Shown: one piece after another, positions 14,090 through 27,200 of the stretch
Numbering within the stretch: position 1 is the first letter of the stretch
How the letters are laid out: every line of letters starts with the position of its first letter
From: Geosiphon pyriformis uo1
Taxonomy: Eukaryota > Fungi > Glomeromycota
Assembly: GCA_016748015.1 (NCBI GenBank)
Contig: JAAOMT010000366.1
Location: 100,040-164,039, forward strand
DNA length: 64,000 nucleotides
Reading direction: 5' to 3'
Made by a program: the position numbers and the translations under genes
Notes under the pieces: model-generated
Told to the model about the DNA's origin: nothing
Database searches by the model: none
What the model saw: only the letters and a program-made list of their open reading frames with translations

Positions 14090-14640
14090 TAGAACATAAA
14101 ATGGCTGTCTAAAAAGATTACAACAAAAACATTAAAAATGATCAGATAATACATCCACCAAGTACTAATTATCTTACTCGAAAATATTGTTCAAAAAGGG
14201 GTTAAATTACATTACTCAACTATTTCGGAGACATTTGAGAGTATCAGCTACATTATTTATCCTAATGATTATAGAAAGGTACAGAAACATCAAAATTCTA
14301 ATTAAAATAGAACGTTATTAACTAATGAAACGGTTTTTATGTTGTTTTGTAATATTAAATCATTAATATCGTTGTGAAGACTAGTTTGTCACATTGGAAA
14401 TTTTTTTTTTGCATAGGCAAATAATGATAGTTATTAATTTTCAGAAATGCCTGCTAAAAATTCAGATGATAATCCCAAATATACTCCAGTCATGCTAAAA
14501 AGATTTTTTATGAAAACATTCTAGAAGTCATAGACTAGCAATCGAATAGTCCTGATTTAAACCCTATCAAAATTTGTGGAGTATTATTAAAACAAAGGTA
14601 GAAATACGCATTTTGAATATTTGAGAGAAATTAAGATTAG
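14090..14640 (+). mobile_element. Degenerate Tc1-like transposase relic
   Basis: gatgataatcccaaatat (~14466) and EVID*QSNSPDL(N)PI..LWSIIK (~14523-14590); no TIRs found. Confidence 0.6.
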
Positions 14641-15849
14641 TGTACAAGTATACACAAATTCTGATAAATTTTTAAACTAATTAATTTGATGTCAGATTTC
14701 CAATCAATAACAAAAAGAAACTGAATCCCTCCTCGAAAATCTTTACTCAAATTTCATTAGCCATGTCTATTTACAAGATTTTCTAATTTCATGAAACACA
14801 AAAATACTGTATTTCAACTCAATGTTAACTCGAGAAGTTTTTACATTTCTGAATCTAACAAATAATGCTAAATTAATGATTCCTAATATTTGTGGAGTTT
14901 TTCTCAATCGTTCTGGCAAAATTTTACAATATTTACAGTTAAACCACAAACAATTTTAGTTTTATTTATTTTTCATCCCCTCTTAGAAGACAAAATTCTT
15001 TTCAAATCACATTGCGGAATGTTTTTCTCGGGTTCAGGAACCCTATACAAGTAACTTATTTTTTTGGAATTTTGGGTTTACTTTTTATCGAGGCTTCTTT
15101 ACTTCTATTTTTGAATATTGTATTGTTTTTGAAATTACTTATTTCGATACCAAGGCTAAAATCTTGGTGTAAAGATTATATCATGACTTATATCATTGAT
15201 GAAATCATCTAAAATACTATTTCATATCAACTTAAGATTAAGGCCTAATAATATTTAAAAAGTGTGATTAAGAAAATAACGACTTAATTTGTTAAAATTT
15301 AATATTGTTTATTTCTTATTTTAAAAATAAGGAAAAATGATGATTAATTAATTTAATTATGGTAATATAATTTTATATGTTAGCTAATAAATTTCAAGTT
15401 TAATATTAATATTGTTTATTCGATAATTCTCATTAAAATTTAAGTCAATTTTATTTACTAAAAAAAACAAATTGCAGTAGTAAAAAAAGTATTTTGAGTT
15501 ATAAACAAACTGATAATTTATACTTTTTTATAACTTTGGAAAGCATTGTTTATATAATAAACAAAAAAATTTATTTAAAATAAAATGCTTAATCACATAA
15601 TATAGGTAACTAATAAATATAAAATAAAATAAATAAAGTAGTTTTTATTAATTTTACAATATATAAGCAAATTTATGAATAATTTTTAATAATAAATTGC
15701 TTACACAATTTTTAAGATTTAAACAACATTATGAATTAATTATAAATTTAATTGATGAAATTGAAAATATTAATATGATTTAATTTTTACTTTAATTATA
15801 ATAAAATTTCAATATTTTATCTGGTTATAATTCAACAAAAATAAAAGAT

Positions 15850-18800
15850 TCAGTTAAAATGCTTTTTAAAACTAAAAGTTATTATTATAAAAAACATTAA
15901 ATTGTTATAAACTAAGAATAATTTGTTAAACACTATTTTAAAAAAAATTTTTAACTGTTTTGATTAAAACAATAAATTTTATGTTTATGAAAATATTTTC
16001 TTACTTATAAGATTTTGAAATTATTGATATTCAAATTTTTTTTTAAAAATAAAAATTCAAAAAGTTTAATAAAAAACCCAAAACAAAATTATTATAATAT
16101 TCTTATAGTTTATTTGTAATATTAAACAAATTTTTAATTATACTAAAAATTTATTCTAATTAATTTTTATAATTATATTAGAAAAAACAGTATTATTAAT
16201 ATAAGCCAGAAAATATTGACAATATTACAAATTAAGAATAATATTCAATATTATATATTTTCATATTTAGTTTTTTATAATACTATTTACATTAAATTTA
16301 ATTTTATTAAAAATTAACACCAAATTATTAACAATAATTAAATAATTTAAAACTATTTTTTAAAAAAAATGTTTCAAAATACTCTGAATTATATAATTTT
16401 TGTCAAGAACAAAATTTTTTATATATTTAAATATAGCAAACCAAATAGCAGAATTTTAAAATAACAAAAATTTATAAAGTTTAGTTATTTAATAAAATTT
16501 TTTTGTCTTAAACAAAACAAACTTAATATTAGCAATATTGAATTTTGTATTTATCAAATCTTAAATAATTATAGATTTATTAATAAAAAATTTTATTATA
16601 AAACTTTAAACTTAATGTTTTAATAAACTTAAAAATTAAAAGTTTTAACTTATATAACTTAGATAATTCTTAGTTAATAATATTAATAAAATTATAAAAC
16701 CAAGATTTTACAAAAATTTTATCAATTAAATTATATATATTAATATAAATAAACTTTTATATTAAATTTATATTTTCAATTTTTAGAAATTATAAAATTT
16801 TTCTGAAGATTTTACTATTAAAAACAAATAAAATTTCTTGAAAAAAGTTTATTTTAAACTGTTTATATTCTTAAAATAATATTTTTATTTGTTTTTGTTT
16901 GTTTTTTTTGTAAATAATTAATTATATATTTAAAAAACTATTTAAACCAATTAAAATAGAAACAGTTTTGTAATTAATATTAAAAAAAATCACTTATATT
17001 TGAAACTATTTAATTTGTTATAATATTAATAAGCAATACAAAAAAATAAATATAATTAATAATTTTTAAACATCTTAAAAGTTATTTTATATTGATATTT
17101 TAACAATAACTATTTATTAAAAAATTACTATTTAAAAGAACAAAAAAGTTTTAATTACAGTATTGGTTTAAGTTAATCTAGTTTTTGAAACAGTTTTTGC
17201 ATAAAATTCTAAATTAAGACTAAATTTTATTTTTAAACTATAATTTAATTAACAAAATCTACAAACTACTTTAGATATTTTGTATATATGCTAAGTTAAA
17301 TTAATGTTTGTAATAATTATAATACCAAAATTTAAGTAATTAGAATTTAAACCAAAAGTAAAAAATCTTATATTATTAAATTTATTCTTAATCTAAGATC
17401 TGATTTAAATTTTTAAGTTTGTCTTAATAATAATAAAAGTATATTTTTTATTTTTTGTGCTATATTATAATATTTTTTTATTTAATAAAATTTTATATTT
17501 ATGCTAATTAAATATAACTATTTATATATTAAAAAATTAATTTAGCTTAATTTAACAAATTTTATTAGTTTTTAATAATAATTCAATTAATTACAATTAA
17601 ATTAATAATATTATTAAATTTACACAAGACTAAAACAATTATTTTTTTAGAAATGTTTATAAAAATTTTTTTAATAATTATAATTTAATTCAAATATATT
17701 TCTTGTTTTTTAAAATTATTGTTTATTATAATACTTTTATTTTTAATCAATACTTTGGTTTTTTTTAAAGATAAAAATAGATTTAATAATTTAATAATTT
17801 TAAAAAAATTATTGTTTTTTTAAAATTATTTACTATTAAGAATAACTTTTTTAATAATTATTACTTTTATACAAGAAATTATAATATGTATTATAAAAAT
17901 TAATATTAAAATTATGTGAAAAAATTATATTATTAAAAATAAAAGATCAGTAGTTAATTTAATTATAATTAAATTATAGTACAGTTCAATTAAAAATCTA
18001 AATTAAAAACAAAAAATTTTTAACAAATCAAAAAACATTAATAAAATTCATGAATTAATATATATGTAATTTAATAATAATAGTTTTATTATGTTTTAAG
18101 ATTTTTATACATTTTTGTTTAATCAATTTAATATTTTAGATCTGTAATTATTATTTAAAAGTAATTATTAAAAAATATAATTAATTAATTTGTTTTTAAT
18201 TATATTAATTATAATTATAATTAGTATTAATAATATATAATTAATATTTTAAATCAATTTATTTAAATTTGATTATTTAAATCATTATTTTTTTTAAAAA
18301 ATAACATATTAAATAAGTATAAACTAAATAATTAATGTAATTAAAATAATACTAATATAATATGTAGATTTTATATAATTTAATTATATATATAGCTTTT
18401 TTGTAAATTGAAAAAAGTATTAATTTTATATTAAGCCAAATTTTTATTCTAATTTTATTATAAACAGTAAGTTTTTTTTTTATATATTTTTTTTTCTGTT
18501 TTAAATCTTTTTTTATTTTTATATATATATTTATTTTATTATAAACAATTAACTTTGATTATATTATATTTTACTATATTATTAAAAAAATAATTTTATT
18601 ATAATTTTTTTTATTTTTATTTTCTAAATTAGATATTTAAAAACTATATTTTTTTAATAACTAATTAAAAAAATTCTAATTCAACTTTAAAACAATAGTT
18701 TTGGTTCTTTCTGATAATTTAATTTGTTTTTTGTGTTTTTAGTAAAAGTTTATTATTATTTTTTTAAAAATATATCTAAGCTAATTTTTGTTTAAAAACA

Positions 18801-18991
18801 AATAATGATTTTATAATTTTACTATAATAAATATTTTTATAATTTTTTTTTCTTTTTTTTTCTTGTGTATTATAAAATAAATTCATACAACTATGTTTAT
18901 ACTGTAATTAAAATAGTAATAATATATAATATATATATTATTAGCTAAAATTATTAATGTTTAATAAAAAATACTTAAACTTATAATTTTA

Positions 18992-19023
<32 letters not shown>

Positions 19024-19399
19024 TAATTTACTTTTATTGTTTATTATATAATTATTATTATAAAGCAGTAAATTGCTTATTTTTTTTAACTTGGTTTTTA
19101 TGTTTAAAAATTGTTTATTATATATTAAAAATTTGTTTAAAAACAAATTTACAAATATTTAATATTTTTAATTAAAATTTTTAGTCTTTGTGTAAAATTA
19201 TTATTTATAAAACCATAAATAGTTTTTTTTGTTGACTTTTTTTTGGCTATACAACTACTTATAACAGTAATTAATTTTAAAACAAAAAAGTTTGTATTTT
19301 ATAAAATAGTAAAAAATAAAACAAAATAAAAAACAAAAAACTTTTTTTTAAAATATTGTTTTTTAAGAAATTTAGAATAAAAAAAAAGAAGTTTTTAGT
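15850..19399 (-). mobile_element. Transition-saturated LINE relic (family A): 5' UTR, ORF1, APE endonuclease, start of RT
   Basis: 5' end actaaaaacttc.. (19399) matches the 5' end at 43312; 17130-17510 decodes to the endonuclease (WH..GN...IIT(E)TKL..IR.WI.NKF); 15850-16400 to IPKPYEWE/RPIVLIET; 3' half not found. Confidence 0.7.
18995..19022. repeat. (TAA)n microsatellite
   Basis: Direct run; gives the poly-Tyr ORF 18961..19146(-). Confidence 0.85.
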
Positions 19400-19898
19400 A
19401 TTATTATAAATTTAAAAATTTCAATTACTTTGTTTTTAATTGTAAAGTTTTTTTTTAAATTTTTTGTTGTATTTAATTATTTATTAATTTAAAGTCTTAT
19501 GTTAAAGTTGTTTTTTATCAAATCTAATTTAATTTTTTTTAAAAGCTTTGACAATATAAAATATAAATTAAAATTACTTTTTTGGAATTTAAGTTATTAA
19601 ATTTATTAGATTTAACTAAATTTATAATAATAAAAATTGATTTTTTGGTAAATTCAAATTTTTTTTTTGTAATTACCCAAGTTAATTCTGTTATAAACAG
19701 TAAAAATTATTTTGTTTTTTTAAAAACTCAGATTAAATATATTGTTAATATAATTACTTTTGTATTAAAAGTTTCAGCCAGTTCAAAATAAAACATAAAG
19801 CTTAAATTATAAATTTAAAAGATTTAAATTAATAATTAATAATTATAAAAGATATATATTATATTAAAAAATAAATAAGTATTTATTAACTTTAATTC

Positions 19899-20020
19899 AA
19901 GTAGTTAATCATATATAATAATACATAAATTATACTTATAGTTTAACTTTTTTGAAATTTACAATATAAGTTTTAATAGAATTATACTTAGTTAAAACAT
20001 AATAATAAAAAATAAAAACA
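19899..20020 (+). mobile_element. Solo LINE-A 3'-UTR copy, heavily mutated
   Basis: caagtagttaatcatatata..atacttatag aligns with the 3'-UTR consensus via transitions; A-rich tail. Confidence 0.45.
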
Positions 20021-20126
20021 AAATAAGATTCAATTATTATTTACAAATATAAATTTTTGTTATTAGACAATTAAAAATAAATTTAATTACAAATAAATTT
20101 TAATTTTATTATAAATTATATGACTA

Positions 20127-20246
20127 TTTTTTTATTTATTTGTTTAACGAGTTAAGCCCAATTACTATCTAATATATCTAATTTAGAATACTTGGCTGTG
20201 GTATTGTGGCTCACACTTTTTTTACATGTGACCAATCACTCGGGAT
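20127..20246 (-). mobile_element. Solo LINE-A 3'-UTR copy / SINE-like element
   Basis: Minus strand: ccgagtgattggtcacatgtaaaaaaag...ttgggcttaactcgttaaacaaataaataaaaaaa; matches the 3' ends at 55022-55137 and 62580-62693. Confidence 0.7.
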
Positions 20247-21756
20247 TTTTTTAAAATAATATAAATTTAAATAATATAAATAAAATATAATTAAATACCA
20301 AATTTAAAAAAATTCTTTAAAAAATATTTTACTTAAAATAAATAAATTATTTTAAATTAAAATTAAAATTGTAAAATTTAATTAATAAATCATTTTTATT
20401 ATTTAGTTTATATTTTTATATCTTTATTATATACATATATAACATTAGCTTAATTTAAGCAAAACATCATAATTGAATTTGTTTTTTTCAACAAAAATTG
20501 CATATATAAAATATTTGAAAGTTATAAAAGATTAATTTTCAAAAACAGTTATTTAATTTATATAAAATATATTAATTAGTTAAAAATACAATAAAATAAG
20601 TTGTAATTTTATTTAAAATAAATTTTTGTTGTTCAACTTTTCAATTTATGAAAAATATTTTGTTTAAATTTAATATCAATTTATTTGTAAAATATTTTAT
20701 ATATTTAATTTAATAATATTAAAATATAAATTGGTTGGAATTAGTTTTAATGCATAAAAATATAATTAATTAATTTATGTATTGTCAAGTAAAAATAATA
20801 ATAATAATACATAATACATATTTTAGATGGGTAAAATCAGGGTAAAATAAAAATCAAAAATAACCCGTTCAAAAATTCAAAACTTAATTAAATGATAAAA
20901 CTAGCAAATGCCTTTGTGAATAAAAACAAATAAATACACTTTAAATTTTTTAAAAATTAAATCATGTTATTCTATCCTATAAATGAGGACAGACTATGTA
21001 AAACACAAAACATAAATTAGCTCAAAAAAATGATCAAAATATTTTAAAATCAAGAGAAATTTACAGACGCGAAATTTTCTACTCATAAAATTTGGAAACT
21101 CGTTAACTCGTTATAAAAAAATTCAATTACTAAAACAAATTTTGTTAAGACTAAATTGATTGAACTGAACCCATGTTCACATTTTAGGCCAGCATGAAAC
21201 GAGGAAAACTTTCATATCAAGTCACCTGATATAAGGTATGACGAATATCCGGAAGAAGTCAAAAATTTTCCGATAGCATTTATAATATTTATCCTCCACA
21301 CATACTAATCTACAAATAGCAGGTTTCAAACACCGGATATATGAATGGGATTACCGGTGCATTTTTATCTTTTTTGTTTAATTGAACCCAAATATCATAG
21401 TCAAGACAGGTCGTGTGGAGCTTCCTCAAATGTGATGGAAAAATTTTTGATTATTCATTTTTAACTGATACAAGATACCATAATACAGAAATGACAATTT
21501 TCCAATTTTGAGATTTTGTCAAAATTTTTGAAGCAAATTAGTATTTTTGCTATTTTATGATCCAGTTTTAAATGTCCATTTTCATAAGCTAAAGATAATA
21601 ATGTTAAATGCAAACAAAAAACAAGAAACTGAAAATAACCCTGATGCATCTCTAGATAATCCCAACTGATGTCGGAACTTTAAAGCCTCTATCCATCAAT
21701 AATCTTAGCACCACTCCATTTTTGATGAACAACGTATCTTTAATACTTTATCATTT

Positions 21757-22712
21757 CTAAACACCATATGAATCTTCCCCGAATATATTTTCTTCTTGCA
21801 ATCCAGGCAACTTCATGATGGAAGCGGCTGTATCATAGTTGTCAGCCATCCACCATGGGACCTCACCATCCAAATAAATAAATCTATTGGCTGCCATATC
21901 TTGTAATTGATCATACCCCCAATATTGAAATGCTCTCGAGTAGTAGCATTGTGCAAGAGTTATTGTTGAAGCTTTTTGTTCATTAGGAAATTTAGACTTT
22001 GGATCTAAAACCTCTGGTAAAGGGTTTGTCAACTCTTTCCGATCAATTACGATTCTAGCCGAATCTGGGACAAAATCCTGATCAATAATCATCGGCTCAA
22101 GTACAGGATAAAAAGATTGATTGGAACCTGGTTGTTCCTTTAGATCTTGTTGGTGCAAAGGTGGTGATGATATTCTATATGGTACAATAGGTGATGAAAG
22201 TGTTTCAGTTTCCGGTCGAGGTGTCAAAATTTCCCGAATAGAGTTATTTTCGCTCTCATTGATATCAATTTGAGAAAGGGATGGGGATAATTCTGAGATG
22301 GCAGCTGGCGTTGCTACAGATTTTTCTTCAAATTTTAATTCTTGAGCAGTTTCTAATCCCGTATTTGAAACCTCAATTAGTTTTGGCGTTGAAAGTTCAG
22401 AGCCTGAAGCAGTAGATGTCTGTTCTTCATCTTCTGGTTCTTGTTGTTGTATTACTTGATGGACCTTTTGCTCATGGTCTTGTCGCGACAAAAATTCCTG
22501 GTCATACTGGTTCAGCCGTTCAACCAATATCATCTTTTTCCCATTCGTAGCTAAACCACGCTCTTAATATTAAAGAAACACCAAGTCTTACTCTCGCCTC
22601 ATTTATTTTGGAGGGAAGAGAAAAACCTCAAAGTCAAGAACCAGCTCCCCACACTCATACCTTGACAAAGGCTTTTAAGTTCCTTGATACTCCGATTAGA
22701 ATAAGTGGTCAT
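21757..22712 (-). CDS. SAP-domain protein, 285 aa, 2 exons (22712-22661, 22562-21757)
   Basis: Splicing a 98-nt GTATGA..TAAG intron joins MTTYSNRSIKELKSLCQ to ERGLATNGKKMILVERL, a typical SAP motif. Acidic S/P/E-rich linker, aromatic-rich C-terminal region, no stops, CpGs retained. Confidence 0.85.
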
Positions 22713-23983
22713 TTTACAAACTGTAAGTATTATACCAAAACTAAGAAGCGAAAGAGAAAGGAAAGAAAGAATCAAACAAACTTGACGCGCGAAAATAAGA
22801 AATTTTACTAACAACAAACAAAATAAAAACCTTATTTATATTGTGTAGTATTGGAGTGATGTCCGGCTGACATGTTTGGTGATAAACAAGTGTGACAATA
22901 AATTGAGCATCTACATTATCAAATGTTACCAACCTTTTTCCTTTTATGGTAATTACAATGTTATACCGACACCTCATCGGACACCGTTACGTAATACTAA
23001 ATAGCCACAATAAATGATTCTGGAAAATTGCCAACTAAATCAACCGATAAACAAGTCTTCTAGTAATCTTAAATCTTCGATTCTCACGATGCATGTCGCA
23101 TCTTGTTTAATTCCTTTTTCTAGTATTTTCGCTTGTGAAATGAGCATGGCCCGTGAAATACTACGTCATTTTTACTCGGGAAAATATTAAACCCTAATTT
23201 TTTAATCAAATAGGATGAAACGATAACCCAGGGGTATTCATTTATGGTCTTTTGAACCGTAGAATTCGAAATGATGAACGAAACACACCATCATACTTAT
23301 ATATCCCTGCATGAGAACAATCACTGATATTTATTGCCGGCAGGGGTTCAATGACTGCGTGATTTTCAGTACACTTACTCTTAAAAAAACTACAATTAAT
23401 AAAAATTGGAAACAATATTTTAGCTTGAAAAATTATTTTAATACATAATTTAAGATAGAATATTGAATTTTTTTATTGTTTATATTCTAAGAGGTTTAAG
23501 AATTATTTACAAAAGAAAAAAGCACAAAAATATTCTTATAATAATAAATAAAAATATTTTCTTAAAATATAAAATCAAGGCTTTTTATTTATTAATTTTT
23601 AAACATTTTAGTTTGCAAAAAATATTTTCACTAAATACCAATGTTTTTTTTTTTTTTTTTTAAATAAAAAAAATTGCTTGAATTTATGAGAATAAAAATT
23701 AAAAATTAAAAAAACATTCAAAAATATTCATAATAACAAATGAGTTTTGTTAATAATTTGAATAAATTAATTACTTGTGTATTTTATTTAATTGTTATTT
23801 TTTAAATATTTGGGTAAACTTAAAATTTTGTATTTATCAAAAATTATAATTAATAAAAAATGTAATTTTCTTAATCAAAATATTGAAAACTAGTTATACA
23901 ATATATATTTTTTTATTAAGAAAATACAATTTTAAAATAAAAAATATAGTTTTTAAATTGAAATATTAAAAAAAATATTATTT

Positions 23984-24032
23984 ATTATTATTATTATTAT
24001 TATTATGATTATTATTATTATTATGATTATTT
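23984..24032. repeat. (TTA)n/(TGA) microsatellite
   Basis: Direct run. Confidence 0.8.
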
Positions 24033-24926
24033 AAGATTATGCGAGTGTAGTCCAATTATTTTTAAAAAGTTTAAATCAAAATTTTATATACGTATAAACA
24101 TGATTATTTTATTTTATTTAAATTAATTTGATTAATTAATATTAAAATTATTTTAAATTTTATTTATTGTAGAATTTATAATTTAATATTAAAAATCAAA
24201 AAATCAAATAAAATTTGAAAGAAAGATTAAATTTTTTAACTTTAAATCTAAAATAATTTTTGATAATTTGTAATAATTAAAAAATTAATGAATATATTAT
24301 TAGTTTAAGAAATTGAATATTTTTATTTTTATCAAATCGTATAATGTATAATGTATAATTTAAAAAATTAACATAATATCAAAAAACCCAAATTAATTAA
24401 ATATAATAAATTTTTTTTTTTAAATTTACATATTATTTGTAAATTATTTTAAATATAAATATATAATATAATTTTCACAAAAGTTAAAAATAATTAATTA
24501 TTTTAATATTTGGTAAATATTTAATAAATTAATAAAAATTAGGTTTATAATAAAGATAATAATTTAATTTTTTTACTATTTTTTCTTGCAATTGATTTGA
24601 TTATAAATAAATATATTTTATATAAAATTATAAAAATTTTTATTTTTTAAAAGTAAATAATATTAATTTTTGTTTTTTTAAGATTGTTTATCAAGATATT
24701 TTTATTTTGTTATAATAAATGATATTTTTTTAACTATTTTATATCATTTTTTATGCATTTTAAACTAATTATTTTCTAATTAATTAATATTGTTTTTTTT
24801 ACTCAATTATTTTTAAATAATTAATTTATATTAAAAAATTCAGTAATTGCATTAATATCATTCTAACTTTTATTAGTTATTTTTAGAGTTATTTTTATCT
24901 AAAGCTTGATAAATTTATTTTCATTT

Positions 24927-25132
24927 TGTTACCCAGGTAGCTGGTCACGTGTAGACAAAGCATGAGCTTCGTCTATCATAATTGTTGTTAATTTTGTGCG
25001 TTTCTTCGAACCGTACTTTGATTTCGGCTGCTGTAACGAAATGATTTGCGTGAACCATTTGCCGATCTTGGCGACGTTTAAAAGTTTACGGTAGATGAAT
25101 ATCGGGCTTTTTTTAGATAGAGGTGGGTAACA
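24927..25132 (+). mobile_element. 206-bp TG..CA element with 9-bp terminal inverted repeats (solo LTR or MITE)
   Basis: TGTTACCCA (24927-24935) ... TGGGTAACA (25124-25132); CpG-rich; sharp boundary with the AT desert on the left; no clean TSD. Confidence 0.55.
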
Positions 25133-25239
25133 CAACATATTTTGCGAATAGCGTTAGGGCCATTACTTTCTGCCGGAATTTCAAAAGTTTTAGTTAGTGG
25201 ATTTAGGTAAAATTTCTGGTTTGGTCATACCGAGATATG

Positions 25240-27200
25240 CACATGAATTTTGTTTCAAAAAACTCCCTAATATTTTAACATAGAATTCACGGAATTTTGC
25301 CTGACTACTCTTATTGCGAAAGGTGGCTATAGTGATATTTCATATTGTACTTAGGAATCAAAAGGCATTAATGTTGTTTTTTAAGAAACTTTTCAGGAAG
25401 CTGATTACACAAAGAGGAAAAAGATATTTCAAACGGGAGGTATTAGTTGGAATTTTTTTTTAATCTTTCTAACATAAGATATTATTTGAAATATCTGAAT
25501 AATTTTCTATCAAGATGAAAATTTTACACGATTTAGGTAATAAAGAAAACTCAAATATCACTCAAATTTTCAGTTTGACACAAATTTTGAAACCAGATTT
25601 CTCTTATACTAATTTTTGTCAATTTCGCAAAATAGAGAAGATTAAATTATGCCTTATTTCAGGTCTATATTCTTGTATTACAATACACAAATGGAAGTAC
25701 ACTTTGAGACTATTTAAAGAATCATTTTTAATTGCTTGAAATTAGTAAGAAAATTGAGCTAGCAAAAAACATGGTCAATGGTCAATGCTATAACATATTT
25801 GCATGAGAACAAGATATTGCATAGGAATTTAGTGAGTTACTTTATTTAAAACTGAAAATCTTTGAAGTTAATCAATTATAGATTTATAATCTTTTTTTCA
25901 TAATTAAGCATACTCATATATAATGAGAAGCGATTTTAGCGGATTTTGGGCTATCAAAATCAGAAAATGATACAATTTCATCATAATATGGTTTGGGGTT
26001 AGTTCCTTATACAGACCCAGTTAGCTTTGAAGAGCATACCGCAACATCTGATATCTATTCGTTAGGTGTTTTGCTATGAGAAATTGCAAGCAGCTATCCA
26101 CTGACTTAGAACCGTTCGAGAGATCCCACATTAGCTAATGAAATTTTTAAATGGGACAAGAGAATGTTGCGTAGAAATTTTCAGAAGTGAAGTAGGGGGA
26201 TCGCCTTCTCATCTATTGAATATCTCATATGTTCAACTTTATGAAAAATTCTGGTCAGATCTCATAAAAGGTAGACTTGATTTGATTTTATATTCCAAAC
26301 TTTTTTTTTCAGTATGAATTCATATTTATTCAATTAATATAATAATAGAACGTCCAATGATTATTGATGTTCAATAAAAATTTTTAGAAAATTACTAAGT
26401 TTCCAGAGGTGTATATTGCTAGCAAACAAGATGACATACAGTCGTAACCTGATTCATATGTCCTGTATCATAATGAGCAAGGAGTGAAACAATTGAATTG
26501 GGAAATTAAGAGGTTGTATCGGGTTGCTGCCGAACAAAGTGATGCAATTTTGCAAATCAACCTGGGTAATATGTATTTGAATGGTTGAGGAGCGAAACGA
26601 TCTGAAGAGAAAGCTGTGAAATGATATCGAGCTGCTGCTGAACAAAGTTATGCAGTAGTGCAAGAAAATCTAGATGATTTGTATTTGAATGGCAATGGAA
26701 TTGAGCAATCGAATGAGGAAGCTTTGAAGTGGTATTGGGCTGCTGCCGAACAAGGTTGTGAAGAAGCGCAAACCAAACTGGGTGATATGTATTTGTATGA
26801 CCGAGGAATTAAGCAATCAAATAAAGAAGCTGTGAAATGGTATCGGGATGCTGCTGAAAAGGGTCATAGAATGTCACAAGAAAAACTGGCTTATAGTTAT
26901 AGATATTGGGAAGGAATTAAGCAATCAGATGAAGAAGCTGTGAAATGCTGCCGAACAAGGTTTTGAAGAAGCGCAAATCAATTTGGATAATATGTGTTCG
27001 AATAGCCAAAGAGTTTGGCATTCATATGAGGAAGCTGTGGAGTAGTATCTGAACAAGAATATGCAGAAGCACAATAAAAAATTTTGGTGAAATTTAGTGG
27101 GAGCTCAGCAATCGAATGAGAAAGCTGTGAAGTGGTATCGGGCTGCAGCTAAACAAGTTTATTCATTTTGCACAATATAATTTTGATAAAATATATTATA
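25240..27200 (+). pseudogene. Second TKL kinase + Sel1-repeat pseudogene
   Basis: IAKGGYS, RE|intron|MKILHDL, YILVLQYTNGSTL*DYL, YLHENKILHRNL|gtgag, ILADFGLSK, VPYTDP, SDIYSLGVLL*EI; several Sel1 units (EEALKWYWAAAEQG) at 26500-27180; many stops and shifts. Start uncertain. Confidence 0.85.

Noticed and set aside
15300-20100. Mitochondrial insertion or AT-rich endosymbiont DNA
   Set aside because: The region largely decodes as a nuclear LINE relic; no organellar or bacterial genes seen.
24944-24951. GTCACGTG as a point-centromere CDEI
   Set aside because: No CDEII/CDEIII arrangement; point centromeres of this type are Saccharomycetaceae-specific and the motif belongs to a repeat.
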